DNA of 64,000 nt from Octopus bimaculoides. Its lineage: Eukaryota. A program made the position numbers and the translations under genes. Positions 62,552 to 64,000 of this stretch are shown here, in pieces. The notes under the pieces are model-generated. The model had not been told where the DNA came from and did not search any database. It saw nothing but the letters and a program-made list of their open reading frames with translations. Position 1 is the stretch's first letter. Each line of letters starts with the position of its first letter. The DNA is taken from the NCBI RefSeq assembly GCF_001194135.2, contig NC_068982.1, positions 164,922,225 through 164,986,224 on the forward strand. Direction: 5' to 3'.

Positions 62552-63862
62552 CGTGTGTGCGTGTGTGTGTGTATGTGTGTGTGTTTGTGTGTATAGATAT
62601 ATAAGTGTCTTATCTTCAAGATCAAATGGAATAAAATTTGATGTTTACTTTTATTATTTTAAAATAATTTAAGCATCTAATTCGAAATGGATTTCATTTT
62701 TTATTGTATTTCTTCTTATCAGATTTTATTATAAATAAATCAAGAACTATAAAAGAATAATGACTCTTCCATATATTACATAGATATTTGACCCTGCGTT
62801 CATTGTGTGCATAATTACGATAATTATTAAAAAAAGTCAGTTCAGGCACTTTCTCAACATTGTTATCTGCTTGATTTAATTCACACAAGGAGCGAGATAT
62901 TATGCTGCATAAATAAATATATATTTGAGGCTGCACGTGAGCACATATAGGTATGGGTATGTTTATATGCACTTTCATATAGCCATGTATGCTCACATAT
63001 TTTTGCAGTTTATNNNNNNNNNNNNNNNNNNNNNNNNNNNNNNNNNNNNNNNNNNNNNNNNNNNNNNNNNNNNNNNNNNNNNNNNNNNNNNNNNNNNNNN
63101 NNNNNNNNNNNNNNNNNNNNNNNNNNNNNNNNNNNNNNNNNNNNNNNNNNNNNNNNNNNNNNNNNNNNNNNNNNNNNNNNNNNNNNNNNNNNNNNNNNNN
63201 NNNNNNNNNNNNNNNNNNNNNNNNNNNNNNNNNNNNNNNNNNNNNNNNNNNNNNNNNNNNNNNNNNNNNNNNNNNNNNNNNNNNNNNNNNNNNNNNNNNN
63301 NNNNNNNNNNNNNNNNNNNNNNNNNNNNNNNNNNNNNNNNNNNNNNNNNNNNNNNNNNNNNNNNNNNNNNNNNNNNNNNNNNNNNNNNNNNNNNNNNNNN
63401 NNNNNNNNNNNNNNNNNNNNNNNNNNNNNNNNNNNNNNNNNNNNNNNNNNNNNNNNNNNNNNNNNNNNNNNNNNNNNNNNNNNNNNNNNNNNNNNNNNNN
63501 NNNNNNNNNNNNNNNNNNNNNNNNNNNNNNNNNNNNNNNNNNNNNNNNNNNNNNNNNNNNNNNNNNNNNNNNNNNNNNNNNNNNNNNNNNNNNNNNNNNN
63601 NNNNNNNNNNNNNNNNNNNNNNNNNNNNNNNNNNNNNNNNNNNNNNNNNNNNNNNNNNNNNNNNNNNNNNNNNNNNNNNNNNNNNNNNNNNNNNNNNNNN
63701 NNNNNNNNNNNNNNNNNNNNNNNNNNNNNNNNNNNNNNNNNNNNNNNNNNNNNNNNNNNNNNNNNNNNNNNNNNNNNNNNNNNNNNNNNNNNNNNNNNNN
63801 NNNNNNNNNNNNNNNNNNNNNNNNNNNNNNNNNNNNNNNNNNNNNNNNNNNNNNNNNNNNNN

Positions 63863-63894
<32 letters not shown>

Positions 63895-64000
63895 GGCTGG
63901 AACGAGTAAAAGCGTAAAAGAGTATATAACTAAATATACACGCGCGCACACACACAGGACTTGAGATGTTTGCCTTGACTTAAAGTTTGTTGTTCTCTTT

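Overview
Repeat-dense, AT-rich animal genomic DNA with many N gaps, almost all flanked by (TA)n, (CA)n or (GA)n tracts. The SINE families and microsatellite load strongly suggest an octopus (coleoid cephalopod) draft scaffold; this is recognition from sequence, not a database result. No intact host protein-coding gene can be supported, only a few candidate small exons. The window is a nested retroelement and DNA-transposon graveyard. It holds five R4/Dong-clade RLE LINE remnants, one CRE-clade LINE, CR1-like 3' fragments, three Penelope-like (GIY-YIG) remnants, Tc1/mariner remnants, several foldback or MITE elements, and about ten tRNA-derived SINEs of three kinds. Most notable: (i) two head-to-tail R4-clade LINEs bounded by (ACAT)n arrays at 34-40 kb, beside a Dong-type pair bounded by (TAA)n at 44-46 kb, suggesting two microsatellite target specificities; (ii) an apparently core-intact minimal type I hammerhead ribozyme at 4477-4524 (minus), plus degenerate or permuted hammerhead-like motifs at Penelope-like ends; (iii) several long inverted-repeat structures. 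Coordinates of decayed elements are approximate (tens of bp).
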